Shown piece by piece: positions 28,370-37,412 of a stretch of DNA of 64,000 bases. The translations under genes and the position numbers were made by a program. Within the stretch, counting starts at the first letter, position 1; the number at the start of each line of letters is the position of its first letter. The DNA lies in assembly GCA_030635145.1 (NCBI GenBank), contig DAOVZK010000005.1, forward strand, positions 16,694 to 80,693, read 5' to 3'. The notes beneath the pieces were generated by a model that searched no databases, was not told the origin of the DNA, and was given only the letters and a program-made list of their open reading frames with translations. The stretch is from Planctomycetota bacterium. Lineage in GTDB: Bacteria > Planctomycetota > Phycisphaerae > SM23-33.

Positions 28370-28822
28370 ATGAAATTTTTTGTATTGCCTTTGATTATGA
28401 TGCTCGCATTATCGGTCATGTTCGCTGGATGCGGCGACATGAAAAACAGCGGTAAGAAGTCCGAGAAAAAAACCGCAGCGAAGGCTGACGGCAAAACCGG
28501 TAATGAAATTGATGAACTACGATTTGCCAACCGCCAGCTGAAAAAGGAAAACGAAACTCTCAGAATCGCCAACACAGACATGCAGGATCGTCTGACGAAT
28601 CTGGAAAAACGAGATGAGCAGCTTACACAAAAGATAAGTAAGCTCCGGATTGACCTGAAGCAGCGAAAACTGCTCACTGACGGGCTGCTGGCAGATAAAA
28701 AGCAACTACAGAAAACCAACAAGGATCTTACCGCCCAGATCGAGAGACTTCAGAGAAATCCCGGTGTGAGTAAAAAGCCCCCAGCCCCCACAGCAGCAGC
28801 GAATTCGACAAAATCGCAATAA
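28370..28822 (+). CDS. Coiled-coil lipoprotein
   Basis: Lipobox MFAGC, followed by heptad-rich sequence. Confidence 0.55.
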   Translation: MKFFVLPLIMMLALSVMFAGCGDMKNSGKKSEKKTAAKADGKTGNEIDELRFANRQLKKENETLRIANTDMQDRLTNLEKRDEQLTQKISKLRIDLKQRKLLTDGLLADKKQLQKTNKDLTAQIERLQRNPGVSKKPPAPTAAANSTKSQ

Positions 28823-28953
28823 TTCGGCGAAATCAGCAACAAAGGGCGTTCTACGCAAAAAACCACCGCGTGATTTATCTGCTTGGATACGCTTGAACCC
28901 CTCGCCTCGGTTGGACAGTTGGTCAGTGCGAGACAGCACCCTTGGCAAGTCTA

Positions 28954-29172
28954 CTACCCCGTGATGATGTCATCGATTTCGGATTTTTCCACCATTTGCT
29001 GCGACAGCATCTCTTTTCCGAGATTATCACCGGGGAGCTTCGATTCATGCGACGATCCAGCGTCAGCGTTATCGATGATCATTGCGAGTTTTCGCACGTG
29101 TTTCGCTGCGATTTCAGCTAAAACGTCGTCGTCAGACACAAATCCCGAGATGATAGGGCTTATTTCTGCCAT
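28954..29172 (-). CDS. Small acidic hypothetical protein
   Basis: 72-aa ORF with an AAGGA RBS. No homology was recognised. Confidence 0.25.
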   Translation of the reverse strand: MAEISPIISGFVSDDDVLAEIAAKHVRKLAMIIDNADAGSSHESKLPGDNLGKEMLSQQMVEKSEIDDIITG

Positions 29173-29775
29173 GAAAAATCCTTTGAACCAATCTAAAAGC
29201 TTTTTAATTAACGTCCTGTGGACGAACGTTATCGCCCCTTCCTCAACGCGGGGGCAATAAATACAAATTCCTATACAATTGAAATATTATACCAGAAAAC
29301 CCGCTGAAAAAGGGGGGAATTTTTGTCCACATTCCCCGTGGTAGCTAAATGCAGCAAAAAATCCAGAAAACCGCAGCTACCCAAATAATTCCTACAACTA
29401 AAGCAATTGTGCAATCCAAGACCCAGTGCATAAAAACCCCAATCCGGTCACTACCCTTCGACCCTTACGCTTTATAGTAGGGCAGCGGCGGGGCGAAATC
29501 CAGCCCCAATAAGGAAAAATTTTCGCTCCCCATCCCCACCTTCCTGCCAGAAAAGCAGCCCGGGGGACAAATTGAGCGGATTAGGCAGATTTTCAAACGT
29601 TTTTTTAATAACGACTATTCAACTAAGTGACTATATCCCAGGCAGTTACGCGTTATGGCACTGCGATTGCAACAAGGTTTGACCGGTTGGGTTCTGCCCT
29701 CTGCCACCGCAGAGCGAGCTTTGCCCGATACTGATATTAAAAAATATTGAAAAATGCTGAAAATGGGTATTTGAG

Positions 29776-30204
29776 ATGGTTTTAGTGGCAGATTCTGACA
29801 ATCAGAGCAGCGATCCCTTTGAGCTGGTAGTTGCTGGCGAGGCAGAGGATTGGCTGCCCACGCTGGGGCGCGTAGTTGCCCAGCGATGGTTGCACGCCCG
29901 CAGGGTCGGCAGTGGCAGGGAGCTACTCGAAGTTGTCGATCGCGGTGAGATTGACGCTGCCGTCATCGACGACGCTTGCCCATGGGATACCGATGTGCTG
30001 GATTTGCTGCGAGTGGTTCGCCAGATGAACGATTCGCTTCCGGTTGTGGTGGTGACCAAGCATACGGATCGCCGTTGGCTGGAAAAGGCACTTGGGCTGG
30101 ACGTTTTCAGCGTGGTCGTAAAACCGCTGGAGTTTGAACCTTTTGTCCGCCAGATATACGGAATTATGGTTCGCTTAAACGAAGAATTGCGGCGGGGGAT
30201 GTGA
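29776..30204 (+). CDS. Stand-alone receiver-domain (CheY-like) protein, possibly atypical
   Basis: (beta-alpha)5 pattern with a VIDD phospho-acceptor position, a VVVVT Thr and a VVVKP Lys. The N-terminal acidic pair is non-canonical. Confidence 0.5.
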   Translation: MVLVADSDNQSSDPFELVVAGEAEDWLPTLGRVVAQRWLHARRVGSGRELLEVVDRGEIDAAVIDDACPWDTDVLDLLRVVRQMNDSLPVVVVTKHTDRRWLEKALGLDVFSVVVKPLEFEPFVRQIYGIMVRLNEELRRGM

Positions 30205-30353
30205 GTCGGCGACATAGACGCTAACCAACGAATTTGATAACGAAAAATACCTCCCGCACGGTGCGGTGGGTTGATATAGTTTTTTATATAGGAAAAAACC
30301 ACAGCAGCTGCACAGGGCAGCTGGGTGAATGAAACGAAAAGGAGCTACACAAA

Positions 30354-30674
30354 ATGGCAAAGCAAGCCAAAAAGGCAACGAAGAAAATCAAAGTCAAGCC
30401 CCTCGGAGAAAAAGTACTAATCAAACGTCTCGAGGCAGATACCATGACCAAGGGCGGAATCGTACTTCCTGACGCCGCCAAGGAAAAACCCATGCAGGGT
30501 ACGGTTCTGGCAATCGGCGACGGGAAACTCATAGATGACGGAACTCGCAGCAAGCTGCAGGTGAAAGTCGGCGAGAAGGTTCTTTTTTCCAGCTATGCCG
30601 GCACCGACATCAAAATCGACGGTGAAGAACTCATGCTCATGGACGAGTCCGACATCCTCGCGATCATCGACTAG
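30354..30674 (+). CDS. groES: Co-chaperonin GroES with an 11-aa Lys-rich N-terminal extension
   Basis: IKVKPLGEKVLIKR ... GGIVLPD ... GTVLAIGDG. Confidence 0.9.
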   Translation: MAKQAKKATKKIKVKPLGEKVLIKRLEADTMTKGGIVLPDAAKEKPMQGTVLAIGDGKLIDDGTRSKLQVKVGEKVLFSSYAGTDIKIDGEELMLMDESDILAIID

Positions 30675-30677
30675 TCA

Positions 30678-30755
30678 CAACTACAATTTTACGTTTTACA
30701 AATTTTACAGTTTTTACGGTTTTTACGGAAGCTACGTAAGCTACGGAAACAGGAG
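30678..30755. repeat. Tandem short repeats in the groES-groEL spacer (about 5 x TTTTACR followed by 2 x AAGCTACG)
   Basis: attttacgttttacaaattttacagtttttacggtttttacggaagctacgtaagctacgg. Confidence 0.5.
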
Positions 30756-30762
30756 ATAAAAA

Positions 30763-32397
30763 ATGGCAAAGAAGAATATTACATTTGATACCGAGGCCCG
30801 CGAAGCGATTCGTCGTGGTGTACAGCAGCTCACCAAAGCGGTAAAAGTTACGCTTGGCCCGACCGGCCGCGTTGTTGTGTTAGAAAAAAGTTTTGGCGCA
30901 CCTACCGTCACGAAAGACGGTGTCAGCGTCGCGAAGGAAATCGAACTCGAAGACGCAAACGAAAACATGGGCGCCCAGATGGTCAAGGAAGTCGCATCGA
31001 AAACTTCCGACGTTGCTGGTGACGGAACGACGACGGCTACGATTTACGCCGAGGCAATCTTCAACGAAGGCCTCAAAAACGTAACCGCCGGTGCCAAGGC
31101 CATGCAGCTGCGCCGCGGAATCGACCTCGCCGTCACCGCCATCGTCGCCGAACTCGGTAAGATGTCGAACCCCGTGCAGACCTCCAAGGAAATCGCCCAG
31201 GTCGGCACCTGTGCCGCAAATCAGGACGTCGAAATCGGCAAGATGATTTCGCAGGCGATGGACAAAGTCGGCAAAGACGGCGTGATTACGGTTGAAGAAG
31301 GCAAGGGCCTCGACACCTACGTCGACCTCGTCGAAGGTATGCAGTTCGACAAAGGTTACATCAGCCCTCACTTCGTCAACAAACCCGAAACGATGGAAGT
31401 CGATTTCGAAAAACCGTTCATTCTGATTTTCGAGAAGAAGATTTCGACCATCAAAGACCTTGTCCCGCTGCTGGAAAAAATCGCACAGTCAGGCCGACCG
31501 CTCGCGATCATTGCCGAAGACGTCGACGGTGAAGCACTCGCGACTTTGGTCGTCAATAAGCTTCGCGGTACATTCCAGTGCGTAGCCATCAAGGCCCCGG
31601 GCTTTGGTGACCGCCGCAAAGAAATGCTCAACGACATTGCCGTCCTCACTGGCGGCAAGGCCATCATGGAAGACATGGGCGTCACGCTCGAGAGTCTCGA
31701 AATTTCCGACCTCGGAACCGCAAAGCGTCTCCGCGTTGACAAGGAAAATACGACCATCATCGAAGGTGCCGGCGCCGAAAAAGACATCGTCGGCCGCATC
31801 GAGCAGATCAAGGCTCAGATCGAAGCGACGACCAGCGACTACGACTGCGAAAAACTCGAAGAACGCCTCGCCAAACTTTCCGGCGGCGTAGCCCAGATCA
31901 ACGTTGGTGCCGCCACCGAAGTTGAAATGAAGGAAAAGAAGGCCCGCGTCGAAGACGCCCTGCACGCCTGCCGTGCTGCCGTCGAAGAAGGCATCCTCCC
32001 AGGTGGTGGCGTTGCCGTTCTGCGAGCCATCAAGGTTCTCAATAAGGTCAAGTGCAGCGACGACGACATCAAAACCGGCGTCGACATCATTCGCCGTGCA
32101 CTCGTAGCCCCCATCAAGCAGATCGCCTCAAACAGCGGACTCGACGGTGCCATCGTCGCCGCCAAGGTCATCGACACCGACGAACAGAACTTTGGTTACA
32201 ATGCCCTTACCGCCAAGTACTGCGACCTTGTCAAAGACGGCGTTATCGTACCGACCAAGGTCGAACGTACGGCCCTCCAAAACGCCGCCAGCGTCGCCGG
32301 TTTGCTGCTGACGACAGATGCAATCGTCTCGGATATCCCCGAGAAAAACGCAGCCCCAGCTATGCCCGACATGGGCGGAATGGGCGGCATGATGTAA
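30763..32397 (+). CDS. groEL: Chaperonin GroEL
   Basis: Full-length 544 aa with an AAVEEG ... GGG-M C-terminal tail (GGMGGMM). Confidence 0.95.
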   Translation: MAKKNITFDTEAREAIRRGVQQLTKAVKVTLGPTGRVVVLEKSFGAPTVTKDGVSVAKEIELEDANENMGAQMVKEVASKTSDVAGDGTTTATIYAEAIFNEGLKNVTAGAKAMQLRRGIDLAVTAIVAELGKMSNPVQTSKEIAQVGTCAANQDVEIGKMISQAMDKVGKDGVITVEEGKGLDTYVDLVEGMQFDKGYISPHFVNKPETMEVDFEKPFILIFEKKISTIKDLVPLLEKIAQSGRPLAIIAEDVDGEALATLVVNKLRGTFQCVAIKAPGFGDRRKEMLNDIAVLTGGKAIMEDMGVTLESLEISDLGTAKRLRVDKENTTIIEGAGAEKDIVGRIEQIKAQIEATTSDYDCEKLEERLAKLSGGVAQINVGAATEVEMKEKKARVEDALHACRAAVEEGILPGGGVAVLRAIKVLNKVKCSDDDIKTGVDIIRRALVAPIKQIASNSGLDGAIVAAKVIDTDEQNFGYNALTAKYCDLVKDGVIVPTKVERTALQNAASVAGLLLTTDAIVSDIPEKNAAPAMPDMGGMGGMM

Positions 32398-32435
32398 TAG
32401 CGAAATCCGCATAATGCGGGTTGACTGATACAGAA

Positions 32436-32488
32436 ACGGCGGGTTGTGGTTGCCTTCAATAGCTCCCACGGCCCGCCGTTTTTTTTGT
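32436..32488 (+). terminator. Rho-independent terminator after groEL
   Basis: acggcggg ... cccgccgt stem followed by a T8 run. Confidence 0.55.
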
Positions 32489-32543
32489 ACTGGTGCGCTT
32501 TTAAGTTCACACTATTGGTGAATTTGTCAGGTATGGATAATGG

Positions 32544-33152
32544 CTATTGGGGCGTACCTAATTCCGAAGCAGCAGATGTGTAGACTATCATTGTAAGTTC
32601 ACAATCTTTTAATGCTCGGTGAGCCCCTTTCGTTGATAGACCACCAGTTTTGGCTAAATCACCCAGTTTGTAACTTTTTAATCCCGGCCAAGCACGCCTT
32701 GCCATTTTTAAAGCACAAGAGCTTGGGTTATTAATTGTAAGGCCATAATTTTTTGCTGCTGTTTTGAGAAAGCTCATATCAAATTTAGCGTTATATGCAA
32801 CCAAACGTAGATCACCAAAAAATTCCATGAATTCCTTTATTACTGATTCGAGATTTTCACCATCTCTTTCAACCATTTCTTGGGATATGCCAGTAATCTG
32901 TGTGATCTCATTAGGAATTTTTTTACTTGGTTTTATTAGAGCATGAAGGGAGGTGTGGTTATCTGAATCGCGATTTACTTTTACAGCCCCGATCTCAATA
33001 ATTTCATGTTGTGTAGGATCAAGTCCTGTTGTCTCCAAATCAAGAACTATAAATTGCTTTGGGAGCATAGAGAAATTTGCTTTTCTTTTTTTAAATCGAA
33101 AGAAAAGATAAATTCCAGCTACTACCAAGACTAAAATAATAACCCATTCCAT
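32544..33152 (-). CDS. Membrane-anchored DnaQ-like DEDDh 3'-5' exonuclease
   Basis: N-terminal TM helix (WVIILVLVVAGIYLFF); Exo I VLDLETTGL, Exo II AYNAKFDMSFL, Exo III HRALKDCE. Markedly AT-rich gene. Confidence 0.75.
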   Translation of the reverse strand: MEWVIILVLVVAGIYLFFRFKKRKANFSMLPKQFIVLDLETTGLDPTQHEIIEIGAVKVNRDSDNHTSLHALIKPSKKIPNEITQITGISQEMVERDGENLESVIKEFMEFFGDLRLVAYNAKFDMSFLKTAAKNYGLTINNPSSCALKMARRAWPGLKSYKLGDLAKTGGLSTKGAHRALKDCELTMIVYTSAASELGTPQ

Positions 33153-33376
33153 AGTTTCTCCTTCGATCTAACGACAATTCAAGGTTGGTTAATTGATTTT
33201 ACTTTTTCTCCCGTTGGTTTGAGGTCACAAATTGCAACAATGGTATTGTCCTTTTTTACAGCGGGGAAAGCACGTGTTAAATGTGGTAAAATCCCGGCCG
33301 AAAGAAACGACAGGGGCATGGTTAACGCAAATCCGACGGCCATGAACGACCCACCCGCAATCTATGGGGCCTACGT

Positions 33377-34819
33377 TTACTTGCATTCAAGGATCTCTTT
33401 TCCGGAGACTGCCCTATAGAATGTTCTAATAACCGGATGTTCCAGATAAGCGGGTTTTTCGTCGCCCTTGAACTTGAACTCTAAGAGCGATTCGATGTTT
33501 TTATTCGTAAGCGTCTTGAGGAAGCCGTTCCACTGGGCAGCCTCGTCTACAGTCAATCCCTTCGACCAGGCGATATAAGTCATCAAGTCTTTACCGTTTA
33601 GAAAAACCTTCCCGAACTGTTTTTTCTGGATATTTTCGTTGGGCTCAACCCACAGGGCGTAGCAAATGGCGGGGGCTTGTAATTCGTTATTATGAACAGG
33701 AGCATTCCAGGCGATGGTTTTTTTATCTTCATACCATTTCCCGTTGGTGTACAGAGGTTCGGAGGGAACAGCGAGTGATGCGGTCAACTTGTCGGATACG
33801 CCAATGCCGAATCCTAAAGCTGATTGCATGATGTTACCTGTATACTCATTAATAATATCTTTGTCAGGGTTGGCAGAAAAATCTAATTCTTCTTTTTTCT
33901 TACGAAGATATTCTTTTTTGAATTCCGAAAATCCTTCAGTGGATTTTACCGCTTTTTGGAATGCCTCCTCCAAATTTTTTTCAGGATTTTTGATGCAATC
34001 GATCAGGGCAACGGTGAGCGGACCATCTTTTTTGAGGCCGACCTTATTTACCAGAGATTCTCGCAGCACCTCCGAGTAGAGTTTTTCCTTGGACGAGTTT
34101 GAAACAAAGGTATCGTATAGCAGAGGCGGAACCTTTTGGATTGAAACGTAGTTATGCCCAACAAGAAACTGTATCAGGCGGGCGCTTGCGGTGTTTTCCG
34201 GTTTGGGCACAATATCGCGAGCTAATTTCAAATTCTCAGACGATTCAGACACGGGTATGCCCGGTTTTGCTTCGGCGAGTTGATTTTGCGTCGTCCACAT
34301 AAGCAGCAGAAGGGTTTTGCAATCCTTTCGCAGCTGGGTATTGACAAACTTGTCGAGCTTTTCAAACTCGTCCATATCGGCGAATTTTTGCTTGAGAGTC
34401 AGCTGTAAAATATCGACGAGTTTGTCGCCCGCCTCCAGTCGCGTTTTGGCTTGCTCGTACAGATCGTCACTGCCGCCGAAATTTTCAACGTATCCCGTAA
34501 CTGATCCATACTGGCAGGTGTCGTAGGCAACACTACCGTTACCGCCGATATCATTAGGGGTTTTATCTGTGAACTGTCCCTCGAATGTTACTTCACCACC
34601 AACTTTTTTGAAGGCTTTGCGGTTGTAAAGTTTTGCGATGCGATTCGCAATTTCGAGACGTTCATTTTTCATTTTTACAAATTTAACCGTTAGTTTCCGG
34701 TTCAGCACATTGCCCTTGGTGGACATTGTAAGCGTGTATTCTTTGTGCGGACAGCCAGCCAGCAAAAAGACAGACACTGAAAGCAGCAGGGCAATAGCGA
34801 TGTGATGTTTTTTCATCAT
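33377..34819 (-). CDS. Large lipoprotein of unknown function (480 aa), AT-rich
   Basis: Lipobox LLAGC. No recognised domain. Co-located with the exonuclease in an AT-rich islet. Confidence 0.55.
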   Translation of the reverse strand: MMKKHHIAIALLLSVSVFLLAGCPHKEYTLTMSTKGNVLNRKLTVKFVKMKNERLEIANRIAKLYNRKAFKKVGGEVTFEGQFTDKTPNDIGGNGSVAYDTCQYGSVTGYVENFGGSDDLYEQAKTRLEAGDKLVDILQLTLKQKFADMDEFEKLDKFVNTQLRKDCKTLLLLMWTTQNQLAEAKPGIPVSESSENLKLARDIVPKPENTASARLIQFLVGHNYVSIQKVPPLLYDTFVSNSSKEKLYSEVLRESLVNKVGLKKDGPLTVALIDCIKNPEKNLEEAFQKAVKSTEGFSEFKKEYLRKKKEELDFSANPDKDIINEYTGNIMQSALGFGIGVSDKLTASLAVPSEPLYTNGKWYEDKKTIAWNAPVHNNELQAPAICYALWVEPNENIQKKQFGKVFLNGKDLMTYIAWSKGLTVDEAAQWNGFLKTLTNKNIESLLEFKFKGDEKPAYLEHPVIRTFYRAVSGKEILECK

Positions 34820-35077
34820 ATTTCTCCCGTTGGTTTGAGTTTGTAAAACTTAACGTATTATCTGTTTTGGCAGTAACGAATGCACTCAAAAAATGCAGGA
34901 TTGCCGCCGCCGTTTTTTGTGCCATCATAACGGCGATAAAAGCCGTAAATGTTGCTGGTTTACTGCTGGGAAATTTTGCGAAATGTGTTAAAATCCCAGC
35001 GATGAGATCGGCCGTAGTATAAATGGAGTTTTGAAATTGCCTCCAGGCCGATCAGGGGTTAAAACAGGGAGATAAAT

Positions 35078-35482
35078 ATGATTACCCAAGAATTCAGTAT
35101 CAGCACAACCAGTCACGACGCAATGGTCGACATCACTACGGAAGTCGCACGCATGGTAGCCGACAGCGGAATACGGGACGGAACCGTTACCGTTTATACC
35201 CCGCATACGACTTCGGCGATCACGATCAACGAAAACGCCGACCCGGACGTTATTCACGACGTTTTGATGCAGCTGGACAAGATGGTCCCGTGGCATCAGC
35301 CGTTCTACGATCACTGCGAAGACAACAGTGCCGCTCACGTCAAAAGCTCGATGATCGGGGCAAGCGAAACGATCCCTCTCAGTGCCGGGGAAATGACGCT
35401 CGGTGTGTGGCAGGGGATTTACTTCTGCGAATTCGACGGGCCACGCGGCAGAAGATTCATCGTCAACATAACCGGGCGATAG
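35078..35482 (+). CDS. YjbQ/UPF0047-family protein (secondary thiamine-phosphate synthase-like)
   Basis: VTVYTPHTTSAITINEN ... SAAHVKSS ... GVWQGIYFCEFDGPR. Confidence 0.85.
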   Translation: MITQEFSISTTSHDAMVDITTEVARMVADSGIRDGTVTVYTPHTTSAITINENADPDVIHDVLMQLDKMVPWHQPFYDHCEDNSAAHVKSSMIGASETIPLSAGEMTLGVWQGIYFCEFDGPRGRRFIVNITGR

Positions 35483-35808
35483 TCGTAGCACGACAGGCGA
35501 TAGTGGCGGTGGCAAAATAATCGCCGCGGTCGCACCGCTAGCACGACAGGCCGCGAGCCGCGGTTGCATTTAATAATAGCCTCCACCGCTGGTGAGCCTC
35601 CACCTCCAGTGCTACTGGTGCCTATCCCCTAATCCCTATTTCTGCTGGCGGCTCTTTGGTTCCATGAGTCGCATGTCAATTTGCGGCTGGATGGAGTTGG
35701 CAGCAACCAGGCCGGTGAAACCTATCACGCGAACAAGATCGGCCGTGCCAACTATCTTTGCATTAGCGGGAGATGTTACATAGTCAAAGAAACGTTTGAC
35801 GCAGGTCT

Positions 35809-36135
35809 TTGCTTCCTCATCAGGCTGAATGTTGGCGATGTACGGGTGTCCGGACGCAGTGTTCTGTTTTTAATGACGAAGGTGCGATTGCTGCGTATCG
35901 GGCGTTCCGCGACTTGTCGCTGAGTATTCCAGGTGATGTTGCGATTGTCGGCTGTAATGGTATAGAGGATACGGAATATCTGGATGTTCCTATCAGCACG
36001 CTAATGATGCCCTCGGATGAATTAAGCAGTGTGGCGTGGGACTTTATGGAACGGCGGATGTGGAACTCAGACGCTCCCCGCCAGGAAATGATATTAAAAC
36101 CCAAATTGGTTATTCGTGAATCTTCACAGGCATAG
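35809..36135 (+). pseudogene. C-terminal fragment of a LacI-family regulator (ligand-binding domain tail only)
   Basis: PGDVAIVGCNGIEDTEYLDVPISTL matches the LacI C-terminal consensus (PeDisvvGfDd...PpLTTv). No in-frame upstream continuation exists. Confidence 0.4.
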
Positions 36136-36286
36136 TATTTCGCATAGAAATGAAAGGCGATTGAAGGGTTACGACAAAAGAGGAGCCTGGAGATAGCTTA
36201 GGAGCAGACGGGAAAATCCGCTACCACAATTGCAATAGCCCACTCTGAAGATCAACGCGTTACAACAGCAGGTTCGCCGTAACGCT

Positions 36287-36898
36287 CTAGACTTGCCGGA
36301 TCACACCGATAACGACGCCCTGTACGGTAACATCGTCTACATAAATGGGATCGTATTTTTCATTCGCCGGTTGGAGGCGCACTCGCCCATCTTCGCGATA
36401 CATTTTCTTAAGCGTAGCATCCCCATCCGGGAGCAACGCGACGACAGTCTCGCCATTTCTCGCGGTATTACGCTGCTGGCAGATCACAAGATCGCCATTG
36501 CAGATATGATCCTCGACCATACTATCGCCGCTGACCTCCAGCACAAACGTATTACCATTGGCGGGGAACATATCTCGCAGGTCGATAGTCTCCGGCCGCT
36601 CAACCGCCTCGATTGGATTTCCCGCGGCAATCCGCCCAGCCAGGGGCAGCTTATTTTCCATGTCCTGCTGATCGGGAAGCTCTACGTCATCAGACAGCTG
36701 TAAAGAGCGAGCGCTGTGTTTGGCTCCCCGCGACAGCAGACCTTTTTTTTCTAGTGCTCCGACGTGCTCGAACACGGTTACCTTTGTTAGACCCAAGTGA
36801 TCCCCAATCTCCTGCATCGTCGGGGAATAACCGTGCTGCATCCGATAATTCTGTATCAGCTGTAAGATTTCGAGTTGTCGCGGTGTTACAGGTTGCAT
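36287..36898 (-). CDS. lexA: LexA repressor
   Basis: N-terminal wHTH (LTPRQLEIL ... GYSPT.QEIG) and a C-terminal S24 peptidase with the AG cleavage site and Ser/Lys dyad (GDSM ... KKM). The start at 36898 is preceded by a GGAGAA RBS. Confidence 0.9.
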   Translation of the reverse strand: MQPVTPRQLEILQLIQNYRMQHGYSPTMQEIGDHLGLTKVTVFEHVGALEKKGLLSRGAKHSARSLQLSDDVELPDQQDMENKLPLAGRIAAGNPIEAVERPETIDLRDMFPANGNTFVLEVSGDSMVEDHICNGDLVICQQRNTARNGETVVALLPDGDATLKKMYREDGRVRLQPANEKYDPIYVDDVTVQGVVIGVIRQV

Positions 36899-37412
36899 TT
36901 TCGTTCTCCTGTTGGTTTGCACTCGGATGCGTCTTTTTATCCAAGCTATCCAAGCTATCCAAAATGGGCATATCGCTCTCGACACGCTGCGAAGTTCGCT
37001 TTATCATAGCGACCTGTTCAACCGGGCACGACGCCTCGGCCAAAACGCAGGAACTGCTATGCTGCAGCGGTAGTGTCGCCAGTTTCGCGTCGGCAGCTGC
37101 AATCTGCGAAGCCACCAACTGCTCGTCGCTCATAGCAGCGGGACTAATGCGCCGCAACACATCCAGCACCGACTTGACAACGCCCTTGACCTGCGAAGAC
37201 TCTTCCTTCTTCCGCCAAGTCAAACCAGCAGCACTTGTGCTGACTAAATCCGGCTCCAGGCCGAGATCCGCCGCCAGCCGTGCAAAGCCTTTGCGTTTTT
37301 GCTCTTCTAAATCAACGTCATGTGGAATCACATCGCCCGACTTCGGCCAGGCCTTCCTGTAATCTCCACCCGAACCAAACTGGCATAATGGAGGGTTATT
37401 CATGGTATCCAT
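36899..37412 (-). CDS. Hypothetical ORF upstream of lexA (3' end uncertain; the reading frame runs about 200 nt into lexA)
   Basis: The track ORF 36690..37412 has no stop before lexA. The tandem TGGATAGCT repeats at 36941-36960 fall inside it (coding DSLDSLD). May be non-coding. Confidence 0.25.

Noticed and set aside
29270-29775. Possible tmRNA or 6S RNA in the ORF-free region
   Set aside because: No tRNA-like acceptor/T-arm (GGTTCGANTCC) and no tag-peptide reading frame was found. It is kept only as an unassigned candidate ncRNA region under the AT-rich-block finding.
30205-30353. CIRCE (HrcA operator) upstream of groES
   Set aside because: No match to TTAGCACTC-N9-GAGTGCTAA in the 150 bp upstream.
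34988-35569. 193-aa minus-strand ORF
   Set aside because: Antisense to the well-supported yjbQ gene.
36613-37362. 249-aa plus-strand ORF
   Set aside because: Ser/Ala/Cys-rich, low-complexity product antisense to the lexA leader region; no recognisable domain.
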